DNA from: Tubiluchus corallicola
Taxonomy: Eukaryota; Animalia; Priapulida
NCBI GenBank assembly: GCA_030141605.1
Contig: JAQGDQ010001424.1
Span: forward strand, 1-41,772
Direction of reading: 5' to 3'
DNA length: 41,772 bases
Shown here: positions 39,586 to 41,772 of the stretch, piece after piece
Position numbering within the stretch: position 1 is the first letter of the stretch
Layout of the letters: the number at the start of each line of letters is the position of its first letter
Notes under the pieces: model-generated
What the model was told of the DNA's origin: nothing
Seen by the model: the letters and a program-made list of their open reading frames with translations, nothing else
Database searches by the model: none
Position numbers and translations under genes: made by a program

Positions 39586-39803
39586 TACATATGCTTGTAT
39601 ATTTATTCTTTTCTGCCGACATTTTTTGTAGAACGTTGGCAAATAAAATGTAGAATTCTATGGTTATGGTTTATCAAAAAATTCAGTTTGAGGATAAACA
39701 ACGCATTTTTAAAAGTTATGAAAGAGGTGATGACTATCTTTGGTTTATCTTTTTGTAATTTGCACTTAGATCAGTTAATTACCGATTTATTCAAAGTAAT
39801 GCA

Positions 39804-39869
39804 TCTACATTTGACTTACCTAAGTCACATTTGAACTTTAGTGTGTCTACATTTGATGTGTGAAACCTA
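39804..39869. mobile_element. Solo right end of the TAGG...CCTA MITE family
   Basis: TCTACATTTGACTTACCTAAGTCACATTTGAAC...GAAACCTA|TA matches about 40922-40989. Confidence 0.8.
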
Positions 39870-40503
39870 TAATACATTTTATTAACATTCCCGCAAGCCA
39901 TAAATGCTTTTTGGTCCCCAAAAATGTTAAATATTAATTTATTAATTATTTGAACTTTGAATTTCTATAAATCTTTCTTTCTGCACATGTATCAATTATT
40001 TTAATAATTTTAATAATTTATTTACATTGATTGATTGAAAAGCAACTGCCTTGTAGGGCTTCACGAAGACGATTTCAATCATTGTGTCTGTTCTTTCTCC
40101 AATCATAGTCCTCATTTGAGGATTCAAGTTTTTTTTGTAACGCATGTTTCTCCAATTTCCTCGATTCAGCGAATTGCTTTGCATGGTTGCACTTTATCTC
40201 GGCTGCATCCTCCTTAAAGTTGTTTCAGCGTACTACATTTACATGTAAGTGACATATTACTCGAGAAATCCTCAAGGAGCTTTCTGTCTTGCAGAAGAAC
40301 TTGCAGTTTGGTTCACACCACTTGTCTCTTGCACGTGCATGCGTGCGTGTAGGTTGGCGTGTGTACTGTAATCATTCAAAACACAGAAATCGTTAGTTTG
40401 GATCAATATCTTTCAGTGAAGATACGCTATGTTTGACAGTAGGCTTGTTCGCTGATTTGCTCGCATGGCTTGGTCAGCGTTATGGAAAAGTAAACGTTTC
40501 ACG

Positions 40504-41080
40504 TTTTTTGCGTTTAATAATGTCGTTAGCACTGTTTTTGCTGCCATCTGGTAAAAGTACTGTAGAACTAACATCAGCCGGGTGTGCTTTTTCAGACATT
40601 GTGAATGCTGTGGACGATGTAACAGTGCTGCCTTTTTTGCGTTTAATAATGTCGTTAGCACTGTTTTTGCTGCCATCTATAGGTTTTACACGTCAAATGT
40701 AGACATACGTTAAGTCAAATGTAGATTTAGGTAATTCAAATGTGTCTTGGTAACTCAAATGTTGACTTAGGCAGTTCAAATGTGTTAACAATGGTTTTCA
40801 ACAAATCTTAAGCGTTTTTGGTATATCAAATGTAGACACATGTCAAGTCAAATGTCCTATGTCTACATTTGTCTTACCTAAGTCACATTTGAGTTACCAA
40901 AACACATTCGAAATTCCTATGTCTACATTTGACTTACCTAAGTCACATTTGAACTTTCCTGTGTCTACATTCGACGTGTAAAACCTATAGTAAAAGCACT
41001 GTAGAACTAACATCAGCCAGATTTCTTTTTCAACATTGTGAATGCTGTTTACATGTAACAGTGCTGCCTTTTGCGTTTAA
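40504..41080. repeat. 129-bp tandem duplication, second unit interrupted by a MITE
   Basis: TTTTTTGCGTTTAATAATGTCGTTAGCACTG at 40504 and 40633. The unit resumes at 40990. Confidence 0.88.
40680..40987. mobile_element. 308-bp MITE with 26-bp TIRs, TCAAATGT subrepeats and apparent TA TSD
   Basis: TA|TAGGTTTTACACGTCAAATGTAGACA ... TGTCTACATTCGACGTGTAAAACCTA|TA (25/26 match). The empty site is visible in the adjacent 129-bp unit. Confidence 0.88.
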
Positions 41081-41678
41081 AGTTCAGTTAAAGGCTGTAA
41101 GCATACGTTTGTGTTTTGCGTACAAATATTAAGTCATAAACTTGCTGATATGTCTGAAATATTTTCCTTGTTAGTAATGTGTTGATGCTTCATGAAGCCA
41201 TATATATAATTCACGCATGTTGTTAAATGCTGAGATTAGTATTATATAATTAGCTTGTATGGTCAGCAACAGTTTTTATTTAATACTAAAAAGTCGTATT
41301 ACATAAATCAGCAAACGCCAATCAGCCAGTGGGGTCCACCTCCTAAAGGGCTGCTGTCATAAAAGAAATCCAAATATGTATGTGCGGTACGTACGTACGC
41401 ACGCATGCATAGGTGGTGGGGGGCAACCGCTCGAGTTGACCATGGTTTACATCAGACCACCTTATCTGTTGGTGTTGCAACTTGATCCCAGACGAAAAAG
41501 TATATTCTCCAAGCAAACTTGCTCTTAATCTGAGATCTTCTGCATTGAAGACTTTATTATCTACCTTTTTTAGATCTAAATGAGCAATAACAGGCGCATA
41601 TAACGCGACTCCGGAATTGTGAAGACGGTATTGCAAAGACCAACCTGTTATACGTTACCAAAAGGTTATAAAGGGATT

Positions 41679-41684
41679 AAAAAA
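41679..41684 (-). terminator. RNA polymerase III terminator (T6)
   Basis: Six Ts on the minus strand directly after the tRNA discriminator base. Confidence 0.85.
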
Positions 41685-41756
41685 TGGAGATGCGGGGTAT
41701 CGAACCCCGGGCCTTTCGCATGCAAAGCGAACGCTCTACCACTGAGCTACATCCCC
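41685..41756 (-). tRNA. tRNA-Ala(UGC)
   Basis: GGGGATGTAGCTCAGTGGTAGAGCGTTCGCTTTGCATGCGAAAGGCCCGGGGTTCGATACCCCGCATCTCCA, 72 nt. All four stems pair, the anticodon is TGC, the G3:U70 alanine determinant is present, and A and B boxes are present. Confidence 0.97.
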
Positions 41757-41772
41757 GCTTACTAAATCCCTG

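Noticed and set aside
37283-39834. Numerous 75-177-aa ORFs (YHIIS, CNAMQ, YIHT repeats)
   Set aside because: Translations of microsatellites.

Overview
AT-rich eukaryotic (invertebrate animal, probably bilaterian or lophotrochozoan) genomic DNA. It holds one complete three-exon protein-coding gene on the minus strand, a 188-aa neuronal calcium sensor of the NCS-2 type (CDS 4501-4388, 3388-3116, 1091-912). The last exon is not shown in the supplied ORF track. There is also an intact tRNA-Ala(UGC) at the right end and a 3'-damaged 5S rRNA copy inside intron 2. The other ~37 kb is non-coding and dominated by repeats: microsatellites, 15/24/26/33/36/68/129/143-bp tandem arrays, hAT-type and Kolobok-type MITEs, TAGG-terminated foldback MITEs, a short TSD-flanked RTE-derived retroelement, a tRNA-SINE and decayed CR1/L2-group LINE pieces. 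Almost all long ORFs in the track are repeat artefacts. I see no convincing new multi-gene system. The best leads are unusual mobile-element architectures, a 6-mer higher-order satellite, a tandem array of tRNA-like units and CRE sites upstream of the calcium sensor. All family assignments are by eye and from recalled consensus sequences; none was checked by database search.
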